A DNA stretch of 32,000 nucleotides from Nitrosopumilus sp. K4 (GTDB lineage Archaea > Thermoproteota > Nitrososphaeria > Nitrososphaerales > Nitrosopumilaceae), in contig NZ_CP067007.1 in NCBI RefSeq assembly GCF_018128925.1, positions 1,298,330-1,330,329 of the forward strand, in the 5' to 3' direction. Under the pieces are notes generated by a model. The model did no database searches. It saw only the letters and a program-made list of their open reading frames with translations, and was not told where the DNA came from. A program made the position numbers and the translations under genes. Below are positions 1 to 9,244 of this stretch, piece by piece. The stretch's first letter is position 1, and each line of letters begins with the position of its first letter.

Positions 1-654
1 TTGATGGTATTGATCCATCCATCCAGACTGAATACCTTGCAGACCTACTTCACAATCCCAATAGACTCTTTGGGATGTAGGGGAATTATCACCATTGATT
101 TTGTATACATCAGCAATGCAAAATCCTACTTTGATGGAAGATGCATCAACACCGTTTGGAAGTATTACAATATCACCAGGAATTTCATTTCCATTTTTGT
201 CAGTATCTACATATTGTACTGCAAATTCACCAATATCGGCAATATGCCAATGGTTGTGAATATCATGGTATTCAAATTCACTTACAATTTCAGAGAAGAC
301 CAAGTTTCCTTCGGAATCATATAGGTTTTGTAATGCATCTTGTGTTTCTGCTTCATCTGGATTTTCTACTGGAATAACAGGTTCATATTCTAGATTGCCT
401 GTTCCAATGTTTCCCCATGCATTTGTAAATCTCAAAAATTCACCTTGTTGAGAATTTTGAATTTGCAAATGTTTTGGAATAGATGGTGAAATGTCCGGCA
501 ACATAGCAGTGTCAGGAATGTTATTTTGACCGTTTCCATTACCTGCAAATATTTCACTTGCAACTGGAACAGTAAACAAAAATCCTATTGCTGCCATCAC
601 TGGAAGAAGTTTTTTGTAGTCATAGATGACGTTGTTCGTGCCTATCATTATCAT
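1..654 (-). CDS. Lysyl-oxidase-like secreted protein (C-terminus beyond window edge)
   Basis: Hand translation of the minus strand from ATG at 654 is open to position 1: MIMIGTNNVIYDYKKLLPVMAAIGFLFTVPVASEIFAGNG... with a hydrophobic N-terminal segment. It carries EFEYHDIHNHWHIADIGEF (resembles the lysyl oxidase copper-binding WHxCHxHYHSM region) and YWDCEVGLQGIQSGWMDQYHQ (resembles CxxQGISxGWxDxY). Confidence 0.75.
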   Translation of the reverse strand, partial: MIMIGTNNVIYDYKKLLPVMAAIGFLFTVPVASEIFAGNGNGQNNIPDTAMLPDISPSIPKHLQIQNSQQGEFLRFTNAWGNIGTGNLEYEPVIPVENPDEAETQDALQNLYDSEGNLVFSEIVSEFEYHDIHNHWHIADIGEFAVQYVDTDKNGNEIPGDIVILPNGVDASSIKVGFCIADVYKINGDNSPTSQRVYWDCEVGLQGIQSGWMDQYHQ

Positions 655-745
655 ACGTTAATAATTACAATATATTAGCAAATGTAATAATTACAAAGAA
701 CACGCTGGATTTTAAATAGGAAAAGTTGAGTTTTGTGATAAAAAT

Positions 746-2278
746 TTAGAGAACAGAGTCCTTGGTCTTAAACACACGCTTAAAGTATTCTGATGACTCT
801 TTTGGTTCGTCAAGATCGTTTTTGATTCCAGCAAGATTCTTTGCAAGATTCTTTTTGTAACCAATTTGCATCTGTCTTTGAATTTGAATTCTTTGTGCTT
901 GTGGAGAGCCTGCGCCATGCATGGATTCTGTCAGATATCCAACAGCATTTCTTCCAAGAGTCATATTTTCGATTAATCTAAGGATTCTCATTCTATTTTC
1001 AACATCAACACCTTTTCTTCCTGCTAGGTATTTTTTGAGTAGAGGACCTGCTTCTGGATGTCTAAAGTCTTTTTCAGAAGGCAGTGTAACGACCAACCCA
1101 CCAGCAATGTCTTGTGCAAGTCTACTGATTTCATATGGGAATCGAGTAACATTATGTTTGCAAACTTGCGCAAGCATATCATCATTGAGATAAACACCTG
1201 ACTTCATTTTGTGGCCTTGATGAGATGATGCAATTCCTGCTGCAAAAATAGTCTCATTAAGATGAGTCATTTCAATTATTTTATCTTTAATGTGTGAAAC
1301 TTTTGGGATACCGTTATAATCTGCAATTGTAGCTGCTGCACCAATCAAGACATCACCCAATCCAGTTTTGCAAACATAACTTCTTCTATGATAACATGTG
1401 AATCGTTCAACAAGCATTGATGCAAATTCATATTCACCATACATGAAGACTTTGTCCCAAGGGATGAAAACTCTATCTAAGACAATTAATGCTTCTTGTC
1501 CACCAAACTTTGCATTTCCATCATCAATGTCACCTTCTTCCATACTTCTTGTATCACAAGACTGTCTACCATAGATGTAAGTAACTCCTTTTGCATCTGC
1601 AGGAATTGCTCCAACTACTGCCCAATCTTTGTCTTCTTCTGTCAATCTAATCGTAGGCATTAAAATTATCCAGTGAGAGTTTATACATCCAGTTTGGTGA
1701 GCTTTTGCACCAGAGACATAGATTCCTTTATCATCTTTGTCAACAACTCTAGTAAACAAGTCAGGATCTTCTTGTTCAGAAGGTCCTTTACTTCTATCTC
1801 CCTTTGGATCAGTCATGGCACCACCAATAACAAGATTTTCTTTTTGAACCATCTTAACAAATTCTAAGAATCTTTGATGGTAATTTGTTCCATGTTTTTC
1901 ATCAATCTCAAATGTTGTAGAGTGTAATGCATTCATTGCGTCCATACCAACACATCTTTGGAAACAGGTTCCAGTGTTTTGTCCTAGTTTTCTTTGCATT
2001 TTATTTTGTAAAACCAGATCTTGTGCACTTTCTGCAATGTGTAAAAATCGATTTACTTGTAATCCAGTAATTGATGATTTTGCAGATGCCAGTTCTTCTT
2101 CTCTTACTGCAAGATCATAAGTTTCAGCTACGGCATTAATTGATGGCCTGATAATAGGATGATCAACAGGTTCTTTGATTAATTCACCAAAAAGATATAC
2201 TTTGAGATCTCTCCCACGAAGACTTTGAATATAGTCTTCACCGGTTCTAATAGTTTTAGTGGTCTCCACATTTGCCAT
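746..2278 (-). CDS. 4-hydroxybutyryl-CoA dehydratase (4-hydroxyphenylacetate 3-monooxygenase-like flavoprotein family)
   Basis: 510 aa; GEDYIQSLRGRDLKVYLFGE..., CFQRCVGMDAMNAL, GGAMTDPKGDRSKGPSEQEDPDL and AHQTGCINSHWIILMPT are family-typical. Confidence 0.92.
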   Translation of the reverse strand: MANVETTKTIRTGEDYIQSLRGRDLKVYLFGELIKEPVDHPIIRPSINAVAETYDLAVREEELASAKSSITGLQVNRFLHIAESAQDLVLQNKMQRKLGQNTGTCFQRCVGMDAMNALHSTTFEIDEKHGTNYHQRFLEFVKMVQKENLVIGGAMTDPKGDRSKGPSEQEDPDLFTRVVDKDDKGIYVSGAKAHQTGCINSHWIILMPTIRLTEEDKDWAVVGAIPADAKGVTYIYGRQSCDTRSMEEGDIDDGNAKFGGQEALIVLDRVFIPWDKVFMYGEYEFASMLVERFTCYHRRSYVCKTGLGDVLIGAAATIADYNGIPKVSHIKDKIIEMTHLNETIFAAGIASSHQGHKMKSGVYLNDDMLAQVCKHNVTRFPYEISRLAQDIAGGLVVTLPSEKDFRHPEAGPLLKKYLAGRKGVDVENRMRILRLIENMTLGRNAVGYLTESMHGAGSPQAQRIQIQRQMQIGYKKNLAKNLAGIKNDLDEPKESSEYFKRVFKTKDSVL

Positions 2279-2348
2279 AACAGAACTCCCTCTAGGTGGT
2301 ATAAAAATTCTAGATGCGTATGAGCAAAAATTTAGGAATGGATTGCGA

Positions 2349-4445
2349 TCAAAGCCCTATTCGGACATCTAATATTTTGCAGCCCTTTCCTTTCTCTAGA
2401 ACCAAAACTGGGTTCATGTCAAGCTCTTTGATCTCTTTAAAGTCAGTAACAAGTTGTGATAATCGCTGAATGCAATCTGACAAAGATGCAATATCGGATG
2501 GTTTTTCTCCTCTTACTCCTTGAAGCAGTTTTTGTGTCTTGATCGAAGAAATCATATCATCTGCTTCCTTATCAGTCACAGGTGCAAGTTTGAATGTAAC
2601 ATCTTTGAGGATCTCTACATAGATTCCTCCCATACCAAGCATAATTACAGGGCCAAATCCAGGCTCTAATTTTGAGCCAATTATCATTTCTTTTCCCCCT
2701 TTGACCATTTCAACAATTAATACGCCTTTGATCTCAGCATTTTTGTCGTATTTTTTGGCGTTTTTGATTATGGTTTTAAATGCAGTTCGAATTTCTGAGT
2801 CGTTTGTAAGGTTTACTTTAACACCGCCAGCATCAGACTTGTGAATAATTTGAGGTGAAGCGATCTTCATTACGACAGGATAACCAATTTTTTTTGCAAT
2901 TTTAATTGCTTCATCTTCTGTTTTAGCCAAAGCACTTTTTGGTAATGGTAAACCATATGCTTTGAGTACTTCTTGTCCCTCTTCTTCTAGAAGATTTGGA
3001 CGTTTTTCTTTTTTGACTTTATCGAAGATCTTTTTTGCTTTAGTTTTGTTTACTTTGAATTTTGAAATTTTTCCTTCTTTAGTATTTACCCAAATTGCAA
3101 ATTTTATCATTGCAGCTAAAGCTCTAATTGCCCCTTCAGCATATGTATAATAGGGAACATCACCTTCGGCTAAAATTTCTCTATTGGTAATTCCTTCATC
3201 CAGTCCCATTAAACTTGCAAGCATTGTTTTTTTGTATTTCTTTGACATTACAACAATTACTTCAGCTAATTTATCATAATTTAGAGTTCCAGAAGGAGTA
3301 CACATTGTAATAACTGAACCAACTTTTGTATGTTTGAGTACACGTTCCAAAACATTATGGAATCGATTAAAATCAGCATCACCTACAATATCTACTGGGT
3401 TCCTAGAGCTTCCCCATGGAGGAATCACCTCATCAATCTTTGGGCGAATAGTATCAATGTTGGCCATTCTAATTCCTGCTTTAGAGCAAGCATCAGTTGA
3501 AATGATAGCAGGGCCTCCAGCATTTGAAACAATAACTAAACCTCCTGCTGTTGGAAGTGGTTGTTTTGAAAATGCAGTTGCATAATCAAATAGTTCTTCC
3601 ATAGTATCAACCCTAATTGCACCAGACTGTTTTAGTAACGCATCATAGATTTCATCAGAACCCATCAAGGCACCAGTATGAGACATTGCAGCCTTTGCAC
3701 CTTCTGGACTACGACCAGATTTGAGTACAAGAACAGGTTTCTTTAATTTTTTAGTAATATTTTTACAGACTCTGAGGAATTCTTGACCATCTCCCATATC
3801 CTCAAGATACATAACGATAACTTTGGTTTGTTTATGCGCAGCCAACATTTTTAGAACATCAACTTCGCTCATCGCTGCCTTATTTCCAAGACTAATTACT
3901 GCTGAGAATCCAATTCCTTGTGCGCTAGCATCTTCAACAAGTGCTGCACATATAGCTCCACTTTGCGAAACAAGGGCAATTTTTCCAGATTTTGGCGTTA
4001 CTTTAAGAAATGTAGAATTCATCATTGTCTTTGGATCAAGATTCATGACACCAAGACAGTTTGGACCAATGATTTGAATTTTGTATTTTTTAGCAATGTC
4101 TTTAATTTGCTGTTCACGTTTTGCTCCTTCTTCATCAACTTCTTTAAAACCGGCTGTGATTATTATGACACCCTTAACCTTTTTCTTTCCACATTCTTCT
4201 AAAACATCAGCAACAAGTGTATTTTTGATTACAATTACTGCTAGATCAATTGATTTTGGAACGTCCAATACAGTCTTGTATGCTTTTTTGTAAAATACAG
4301 TATCCCTAGTAGGACTAATAGGATAAACAATTCCCTTAAAACCATTCATAATATTTGATGTAATAGTTGCACCAACACTGCCTCTCTTGTCAGATGCGCC
4401 AATAACTGCAATTGATTTTGGTGATAAAAAGACAGATTCTGCCAT
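2349..4445 (-). CDS. Acyl-CoA synthetase (ADP/NDP-forming), probable 4-hydroxybutyrate-CoA ligase
   Basis: 698 aa; CoA-binding domain IAVIGASDKRGSVG, succinyl-CoA ligase-like GPNCLGVMNLD and SQSGAICAAL, and a C-terminal ATP-grasp region. Adjacent to 4-hydroxybutyryl-CoA dehydratase. Confidence 0.87.
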   Translation of the reverse strand: MAESVFLSPKSIAVIGASDKRGSVGATITSNIMNGFKGIVYPISPTRDTVFYKKAYKTVLDVPKSIDLAVIVIKNTLVADVLEECGKKKVKGVIIITAGFKEVDEEGAKREQQIKDIAKKYKIQIIGPNCLGVMNLDPKTMMNSTFLKVTPKSGKIALVSQSGAICAALVEDASAQGIGFSAVISLGNKAAMSEVDVLKMLAAHKQTKVIVMYLEDMGDGQEFLRVCKNITKKLKKPVLVLKSGRSPEGAKAAMSHTGALMGSDEIYDALLKQSGAIRVDTMEELFDYATAFSKQPLPTAGGLVIVSNAGGPAIISTDACSKAGIRMANIDTIRPKIDEVIPPWGSSRNPVDIVGDADFNRFHNVLERVLKHTKVGSVITMCTPSGTLNYDKLAEVIVVMSKKYKKTMLASLMGLDEGITNREILAEGDVPYYTYAEGAIRALAAMIKFAIWVNTKEGKISKFKVNKTKAKKIFDKVKKEKRPNLLEEEGQEVLKAYGLPLPKSALAKTEDEAIKIAKKIGYPVVMKIASPQIIHKSDAGGVKVNLTNDSEIRTAFKTIIKNAKKYDKNAEIKGVLIVEMVKGGKEMIIGSKLEPGFGPVIMLGMGGIYVEILKDVTFKLAPVTDKEADDMISSIKTQKLLQGVRGEKPSDIASLSDCIQRLSQLVTDFKEIKELDMNPVLVLEKGKGCKILDVRIGL

Positions 4446-4504
4446 GTACGTTGGGTTGAAGATTTTCTATAATAAAGTTATTCATGAAAATTTCTGATCT
4501 CTAT

Positions 4505-4861
4505 TTAGCTGCCCAACATTTTACCAGCCAAATTTTCTTTTCTTGGTACCCATGTTATTGTAAGATTAGAGAATTTTCCAATCAGTTGCCATGCCTCACG
4601 TGCCAATTCACGAAGTTTTTCATTATTGATAGCAAATTCATGGTTAAGTTGTGATACAGTATTTTTTGAATCGCTGTAGATAATTACATCGGAATCACTG
4701 TCAGAAAATTTTTTGAGTGCAGAGATTATTGCCATGTATTCAGCCTGATTGTTTGTAATATCAGGTTGTTTTTCATAAAATGATTCTCCAGTTTCTTTTA
4801 CAAAAAATCCATAACCTCCATTTGGGCCTCCTGAGCCATCAACATAAACACTAACTACCAT
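4505..4861 (-). CDS. rnhA: Ribonuclease HI-like protein
   Basis: 118 aa; YVDGSGGPNGGYGF, TNNQAEYMAI, IYSDSKNTVSQL, WVPRKENLAGKMLG. Confidence 0.85.
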   Translation of the reverse strand: MVVSVYVDGSGGPNGGYGFFVKETGESFYEKQPDITNNQAEYMAIISALKKFSDSDSDVIIYSDSKNTVSQLNHEFAINNEKLRELAREAWQLIGKFSNLTITWVPRKENLAGKMLGS

Positions 4862-5303
4862 CTTTATACAACCTCGTCATTTTTACACTCAAGTTTATTG
4901 CTATCATATACACTACTGTTGATATAATTTGTGATACAATTGATGCCAAATAAGCGTCATAATCAATGGTTAGTAAATAATATTGCAAAATCCATCTTAC
5001 AATAGTATAAATGACTTCAGCAATTCCCAATGAAGTTAAAATTTTGATTAAATCATGTCTAAGTTTTTTCTTGTCTGTTTCACCAGATTTTAATAAATAT
5101 TTTTTTCTGTTATCAACGTAATACAGACCCCCAAATGTTGAAAAGTAAATAACATAATCTACAATCAGAGTGTATGTAGTGTTTAGATAATCTGCTTGTT
5201 CAGAAAGAATTTGAGCGATTATTGCAGAAATTATAATCGATGCAGCAAATGCAATTAGAATATTTTTGTTTAATTTGAAATATTCGCGATGTTTTTCATT
5301 CAA
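4851..5303 (-). CDS. Hypothetical membrane protein
   Basis: 150-aa ORF with about four hydrophobic segments. Overlaps the rnhA start by 11 nt. Confidence 0.6.
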   Translation of the reverse strand: MNEKHREYFKLNKNILIAFAASIIISAIIAQILSEQADYLNTTYTLIVDYVIYFSTFGGLYYVDNRKKYLLKSGETDKKKLRHDLIKILTSLGIAEVIYTIVRWILQYYLLTIDYDAYLASIVSQIISTVVYMIAINLSVKMTRLYKDGS

Positions 5304-5340
5304 CAGAGATTCATGAATGACTGTTACAATTAAACTAAAT

Positions 5341-5625
5341 CTAGTCTAAAGTGATCTTTAGAAATATCAAAAGACCACCTAATTCAGCTATGCCAACTCC
5401 AAGCATGTAAGGGAAGATCTCATGTGAAAATAACTGATCCATAGAAAAGTATGCTAGTGCACCAATAATATTATGGAGAAATAGCATTCCTGCAACCACA
5501 ATCATCCCTAACGGTAGTTGTGCTTTTGTTGTTACATACATTTTTCCAAATATACAAATGAGAATACCTAAAACTGCCATATTTGCCATTGAGACGATAG
5601 ATAACACTAGGGATGTAGATTCCAT
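5341..5625 (-). CDS. Hypothetical small membrane protein
   Basis: 94 aa with three hydrophobic segments, directly downstream of an HTH regulator in the same orientation. Confidence 0.6.
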   Translation of the reverse strand: MESTSLVLSIVSMANMAVLGILICIFGKMYVTTKAQLPLGMIVVAGMLFLHNIIGALAYFSMDQLFSHEIFPYMLGVGIAELGGLLIFLKITLD

Positions 5626-5650
5626 TTAGTGATGAACACCTCTTGTCAGT

Positions 5651-5953
5651 TTATTTACTTTTATCCAATTTTCTTTCAATTTCTTCAAATGCCTCCATAT
5701 TGACTTCCAAAAAAGTAGATATGAAAAATGCAATTCCGTATTTTTCACCCACAGAAGTAATTAGATTATTTTTCTCTAATACTCTGATATGATGCTGAAT
5801 AGCCTTATAGTCTAAACCTAATTCTTTGGATAATTGGTTAGTGTTTAATGGATTTTTTCTTATTGCATTAATTATTTTTAAGCGATTAATTCCCCCTCGT
5901 GAACCTGCAAAAACAAACCATAACAGTCGCTTTGCATCAGGGTCATTTGCCAT
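5651..5953 (-). CDS. Winged-helix (ArsR-like) transcriptional regulator
   Basis: RGGINRLKIINAIRKNPLNTNQLSKELGLDYKAIQHHIRVLEKNNLITSVGEKYGIAFFIS is a typical wHTH. Confidence 0.8.
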   Translation of the reverse strand: MANDPDAKRLLWFVFAGSRGGINRLKIINAIRKNPLNTNQLSKELGLDYKAIQHHIRVLEKNNLITSVGEKYGIAFFISTFLEVNMEAFEEIERKLDKSK

Positions 5954-6047
5954 CAGTCACTGACAGAGTTTTTCAACTAAAAGGTATTTGGAGAGTCAAA
6001 TATTAGAAACTATAAAAAAGATATCAGATTATCTACATTGAATCAAA

Positions 6048-6929
6048 ATGATGTTGAATTATGATGCTCCGTTGTATAGGCCACCATCTGAAGCACGATC
6101 ATTGATTTTTCAGGTTACATTAGGATGTTCATTTAATGAATGTTCATTTTGTGATATGTATAGATCAAAAGAATATTCAGAAAGATCATGGGATGAGGTT
6201 AAAATGGAGATTGATTTGATGTCAAAACATCTTCCAAATACTACAAGAATTTTCTTAGCAGACGGTGATGCTCTAAATCTGGATGCACAATACATTGTAA
6301 AAATTGTAAAATACCTAAAAGAAAAGTTTCCAAATCTTGAAAGGATTTCATGCTATGCAATGCCTATGAATATTTTAAAGAAGACACCTGAAGAGTTGAA
6401 AATGATGCATGATGCCGGACTTGACATGTTGTATTTAGGAATTGAAAGTGGCTCAGATATTATTCTAAAAAAAGTAACAAAAGGTGCCATTGCAAAAACA
6501 ATAATCAAATCAGTGAATAAGGCAAAAGAAGCAGGGTACATCATGTCCTGTATGATAATTTTAGGATTAGGAGGAAGAACATACTCTAAAGAACATATCA
6601 AAGGAACAGCAGAGGTGATCAGTGCATGTTCTCCAAATTATGTTGGTGCATTAACATTGTATTTAGAAAACGGAATTAAACAAGAATTTCTTGACAAGTT
6701 TGGAGAGCCATTTATCAGAATTAATGATGATGAGTCATTAGAAGAACTTCGGGATCTTATTAGCCAAATTGAGACTACAGATGAGATAGTTTTCAGAGCA
6801 AATCATGGTTCTAATGCATATACAATAAAGGGAACGTTTCCACAAGACAAACAAGCAATGTTAGATAAGATAGAGTGGATGAAACAACATCCAGAAATCA
6901 TGCGTCCTCAAGGGCTACGTGGGTTTTAA
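6048..6929 (+). CDS. Radical SAM protein
   Basis: 293 aa; TLGCSFNECSFCDMYRSK cluster motif, FLADGDALNL and YLGIESGSD typical of a COG1032-like radical SAM TIM barrel. Confidence 0.85.
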   Translation: MMLNYDAPLYRPPSEARSLIFQVTLGCSFNECSFCDMYRSKEYSERSWDEVKMEIDLMSKHLPNTTRIFLADGDALNLDAQYIVKIVKYLKEKFPNLERISCYAMPMNILKKTPEELKMMHDAGLDMLYLGIESGSDIILKKVTKGAIAKTIIKSVNKAKEAGYIMSCMIILGLGGRTYSKEHIKGTAEVISACSPNYVGALTLYLENGIKQEFLDKFGEPFIRINDDESLEELRDLISQIETTDEIVFRANHGSNAYTIKGTFPQDKQAMLDKIEWMKQHPEIMRPQGLRGF

Positions 6930-7378
6930 ATCAAAGAATTTTGATTCAGGTAAACAACTTTGAAAATTCTTACTGAGTAATTTCCGTCAAAAATTTTGGT
7001 GGTCTCATCACCATTTGTACTGAGTACTCTGAATCGATATTCATAGTCACCGTCATTTTCCACTCCAGTCTGAGCAAAGTGAACAGATTCGCCATTTTTG
7101 AATATCTGAATTATCACAGGATAACCATCTACATGATTTGAGATATTTCCTTCAACAAACCCCCATGGAAGTTGATTGTCTTTAGGTGCATGAAAAAAAA
7201 CTGTTGTTTTTTCTAGCCCAATGCTTGCAGATAATGGAATGATTTCAGTTTGTGGATCGTGTGTATGGCCATTTATCAAAACTTGTCCTGGGTGTGGGTG
7301 AGCAAATGCTAATGAAGGGATAAGGGAAAATGCAGTAATTATCAAAATGCTGGAAAGCAAAATTTTATTCATTTTCAA
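6926..7378 (-). CDS. Hypothetical secreted / membrane-anchored protein
   Basis: Signal peptide MKMNKILLSSILIITAFSLIPSLAFAHPHPG, 150 aa. Overlaps the radical SAM gene stop by 4 nt (convergent). Confidence 0.65.
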   Translation of the reverse strand: MKMNKILLSSILIITAFSLIPSLAFAHPHPGQVLINGHTHDPQTEIIPLSASIGLEKTTVFFHAPKDNQLPWGFVEGNISNHVDGYPVIIQIFKNGESVHFAQTGVENDGDYEYRFRVLSTNGDETTKIFDGNYSVRIFKVVYLNQNSLI

Positions 7379-7410
7379 TTTACACCATTAGTTCTTGCTT
7401 AAAAAATTTG

Positions 7411-7662
7411 TTAAAGTTGATCAATGACAGGTTTTAGATTTTCAGGTAAATCCGGTAATTCTGCATGACTTTCATTATTTTGAATGACTTCAGGGCCAAT
7501 TCTTCTTACCTTTTGAGTTCCAATTAATGTATCAATACTTCTTTGGATATCTTTTTCAGACAATACGGTCTTTAGTTTTTCAATAACTTTGTCCTCATTT
7601 TCAAATTTTTTAATTGCATATTGAACAATAATCATTTTTTCACTCATAGAATAATCAGTCAT
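7411..7662 (-). CDS. Conserved-looking hypothetical protein
   Basis: Minus-strand ORF following the glutaredoxin-like gene. The track start at 7674 is GTG; in-frame ATG at 7662 gives MTDYSMSEKMIIVQYAIKKF. Confidence 0.6.
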   Translation of the reverse strand: MTDYSMSEKMIIVQYAIKKFENEDKVIEKLKTVLSEKDIQRSIDTLIGTQKVRRIGPEVIQNNESHAELPDLPENLKPVIDQL

Positions 7663-7695
7663 TTGAAAATACACAATTGTTAAGAGTAAAAAACA

Positions 7696-7926
7696 TTACC
7701 TGAGTTCATCTAGTTTTCTTTGCAGTTCGGCAGGTTTTGGTATTCCAGTAAATTCTAATTTTTCATTAATTACCAATCCAGGTGCTGTAAAGATAGGGTA
7801 TTTTTCCAAATATTCAGGATGTTCTGTAACATCAATGGTTTCATATTTTACGTTCAATTCATCTAACATTTTTTCTAGGGCACTACAATTGGAGCATCCG
7901 GAAGTGGTTAGAACTTGAACTTTCAT
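7696..7926 (-). CDS. Glutaredoxin/thioredoxin-like protein
   Basis: 76 aa; VLTTSGCSNCSALEKMLDELNVKYETIDVTEHPEYLEKYPIFTAPGLVINEKLEFTGIP: CxxC, cis-Pro region and Grx-like length. Confidence 0.85.
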   Translation of the reverse strand: MKVQVLTTSGCSNCSALEKMLDELNVKYETIDVTEHPEYLEKYPIFTAPGLVINEKLEFTGIPKPAELQRKLDELR

Positions 7927-8060
7927 GACTCTACAAACTGGTCTGGGTTTTGTTCAAAGGCCCACCTGCAAGTTGCGCAACAAAATCGGTATTCTTTACC
8001 TTTGTGTACAATCGATTCTCCTTTTTCACCAACATCCATTCCACATACAGGATCTTTCAT
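7923..8060 (-). CDS. YHS-domain small protein (45 aa; absent from the ORF track)
   Basis: Hand translation MKDPVCGMDVGEKGESIVHKGKEYRFCCATCRWAFEQNPDQFVES*. Its start overlaps the upstream CcdA-like stop (8057-8060) and its stop overlaps the downstream Grx-like start (7923-7926), both as ATGA. Confidence 0.88.
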   Translation of the reverse strand: MKDPVCGMDVGEKGESIVHKGKEYRFCCATCRWAFEQNPDQFVES

Positions 8061-9046
8061 GCTACAACCTCTCGTCTTTTCTTAGTAAAATACCAAACTA
8101 CAGGAAATAGAATCAGTAATGCAAATAGTACAGGTACAAATTCTTCTGCTAATTCAGCAGTGTGTTCATGTTCATGGTCACCAACGTGGAATTCGGGAGG
8201 GACAGGTGTCATTGAAACCAAATTATTCCATGCAATATGAATAAATGTACTCTCATACCATTCATGTCCTCCAGGTATTCCATTGATTATCAGAAATGCA
8301 CCAATTATAATTAACATCCATCCAGTAAGTTTTTCAATTTTTTCACGGTTTGTGGTAATTCCCTTTGTTGCATTAACTCCAACAATAGCTAGAATTGATA
8401 ACAATATCAAAGGAATAGCTCTTCCAACACCATGAACTGCACCCAAGCTTGCTCCAATCTCAACACTACCAGTTCCTGCGATGTAAATTAAAAGCCAGTA
8501 AAACATAGGGTTTGGGCATCCAACGCCAGCATTTCCTAGTAACAGCCCCATGAAAAAGGATTTTGAGTAATCGCCTCGTTTTTGGATGAATGAAGGGGTT
8601 CCAGAATAAGCTGGAAGTTTTAATTTAAATAATTTTAATTGAGACATTCCGAAAACAAATGCGGCTATTCCTGCAATCAAAAACATGTAAGATGAGATTT
8701 GATCAAGGTCTGCGGTTTGTCCTATTGCACCAATCCCAAAACCGTAAGACGATATTGTAATTGTCAGTCCTGCACCAAACAGCAACGACATTAAGAGTCC
8801 CTTTTTTGCACCTTTTCCCATGCTAAGTGGGATAATAATGAAAACTAGTGGAAGAGTGCATGGAAGAATAATCATTGAAAGTCCTGCAAGATATGCCATG
8901 ATTAGCCATGAAGGGTACGAAAGCTCTTGGCCTGCACTAATTGCAACATCATTTGTTAGTGCAAAAATACCGCCAACAAATATCAGAGAAAATAAAATAA
9001 AAACAGCAACAATTAGAGATTTTTTTGCTGCAATTTGTTCAGTCAT
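8057..9046 (-). CDS. Cytochrome c biogenesis / CcdA-DsbD-type transmembrane protein
   Basis: Multi-TM ORF with SLSMIILPCTLPLVFIIIPL (CcdA-like Cys-Pro), GNAGVGCPNPMFYWLL and GAVHGVGRAIPLI. Start placed at MTEQIAAKK (9046) because the longer ORF runs through the tRNA. Confidence 0.8.
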   Translation of the reverse strand: MTEQIAAKKSLIVAVFILFSLIFVGGIFALTNDVAISAGQELSYPSWLIMAYLAGLSMIILPCTLPLVFIIIPLSMGKGAKKGLLMSLLFGAGLTITISSYGFGIGAIGQTADLDQISSYMFLIAGIAAFVFGMSQLKLFKLKLPAYSGTPSFIQKRGDYSKSFFMGLLLGNAGVGCPNPMFYWLLIYIAGTGSVEIGASLGAVHGVGRAIPLILLSILAIVGVNATKGITTNREKIEKLTGWMLIIIGAFLIINGIPGGHEWYESTFIHIAWNNLVSMTPVPPEFHVGDHEHEHTAELAEEFVPVLFALLILFPVVWYFTKKRREVVA

Positions 9047-9089
9047 GAAGTAATTAGTACAATTGCCATATTTAATGAGCAAGAAATAG

Positions 9090-9164
9090 TGGGCCCACAG
9101 GGATTTGAACCCTGGATCTTCGCCGTGTAAGGGCGACGTCATAACCGACCTGGACTATGGGCCC
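9090..9164 (-). tRNA. tRNA-Val (anticodon TAC)
   Basis: Acceptor GGGCCCA/TGGGCCC, anticodon arm TCGCC-CTTACAC-GGCGA, T arm CAGGG-TTCAAAT-CCCTG. Confidence 0.95.
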
Positions 9165-9244
9165 GAAAACCTACCTTGTTAAAAACCATTTAAACTTTGA
9201 GACCATTAAAAATCTAGAAATTTAATTAGAAATTTACAACACAT

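Noticed and set aside
1-377. Plus-strand ORFs of 107 and 78 aa
   Set aside because: Antisense to the lysyl-oxidase-like frame, which has signature motifs.
6048-6929. CX4CX2C spacing of the radical SAM cluster as a novelty
   Set aside because: CSxNxCxFCxMY spacing is, to my knowledge, common in this subfamily, so I did not count it as unusual.
7925-8240. Plus-strand ORFs 7925..8110 and 7950..8240
   Set aside because: Opposite the ATGA-coupled YHS and CcdA-like genes, which have clear motifs.
9047-9142. N-terminal extension of the CcdA-like ORF (MTSPLHGEDPGFKSLWAHYF...)
   Set aside because: Runs into tRNA-Val; an internal ATG at 9046 gives a natural membrane protein start.
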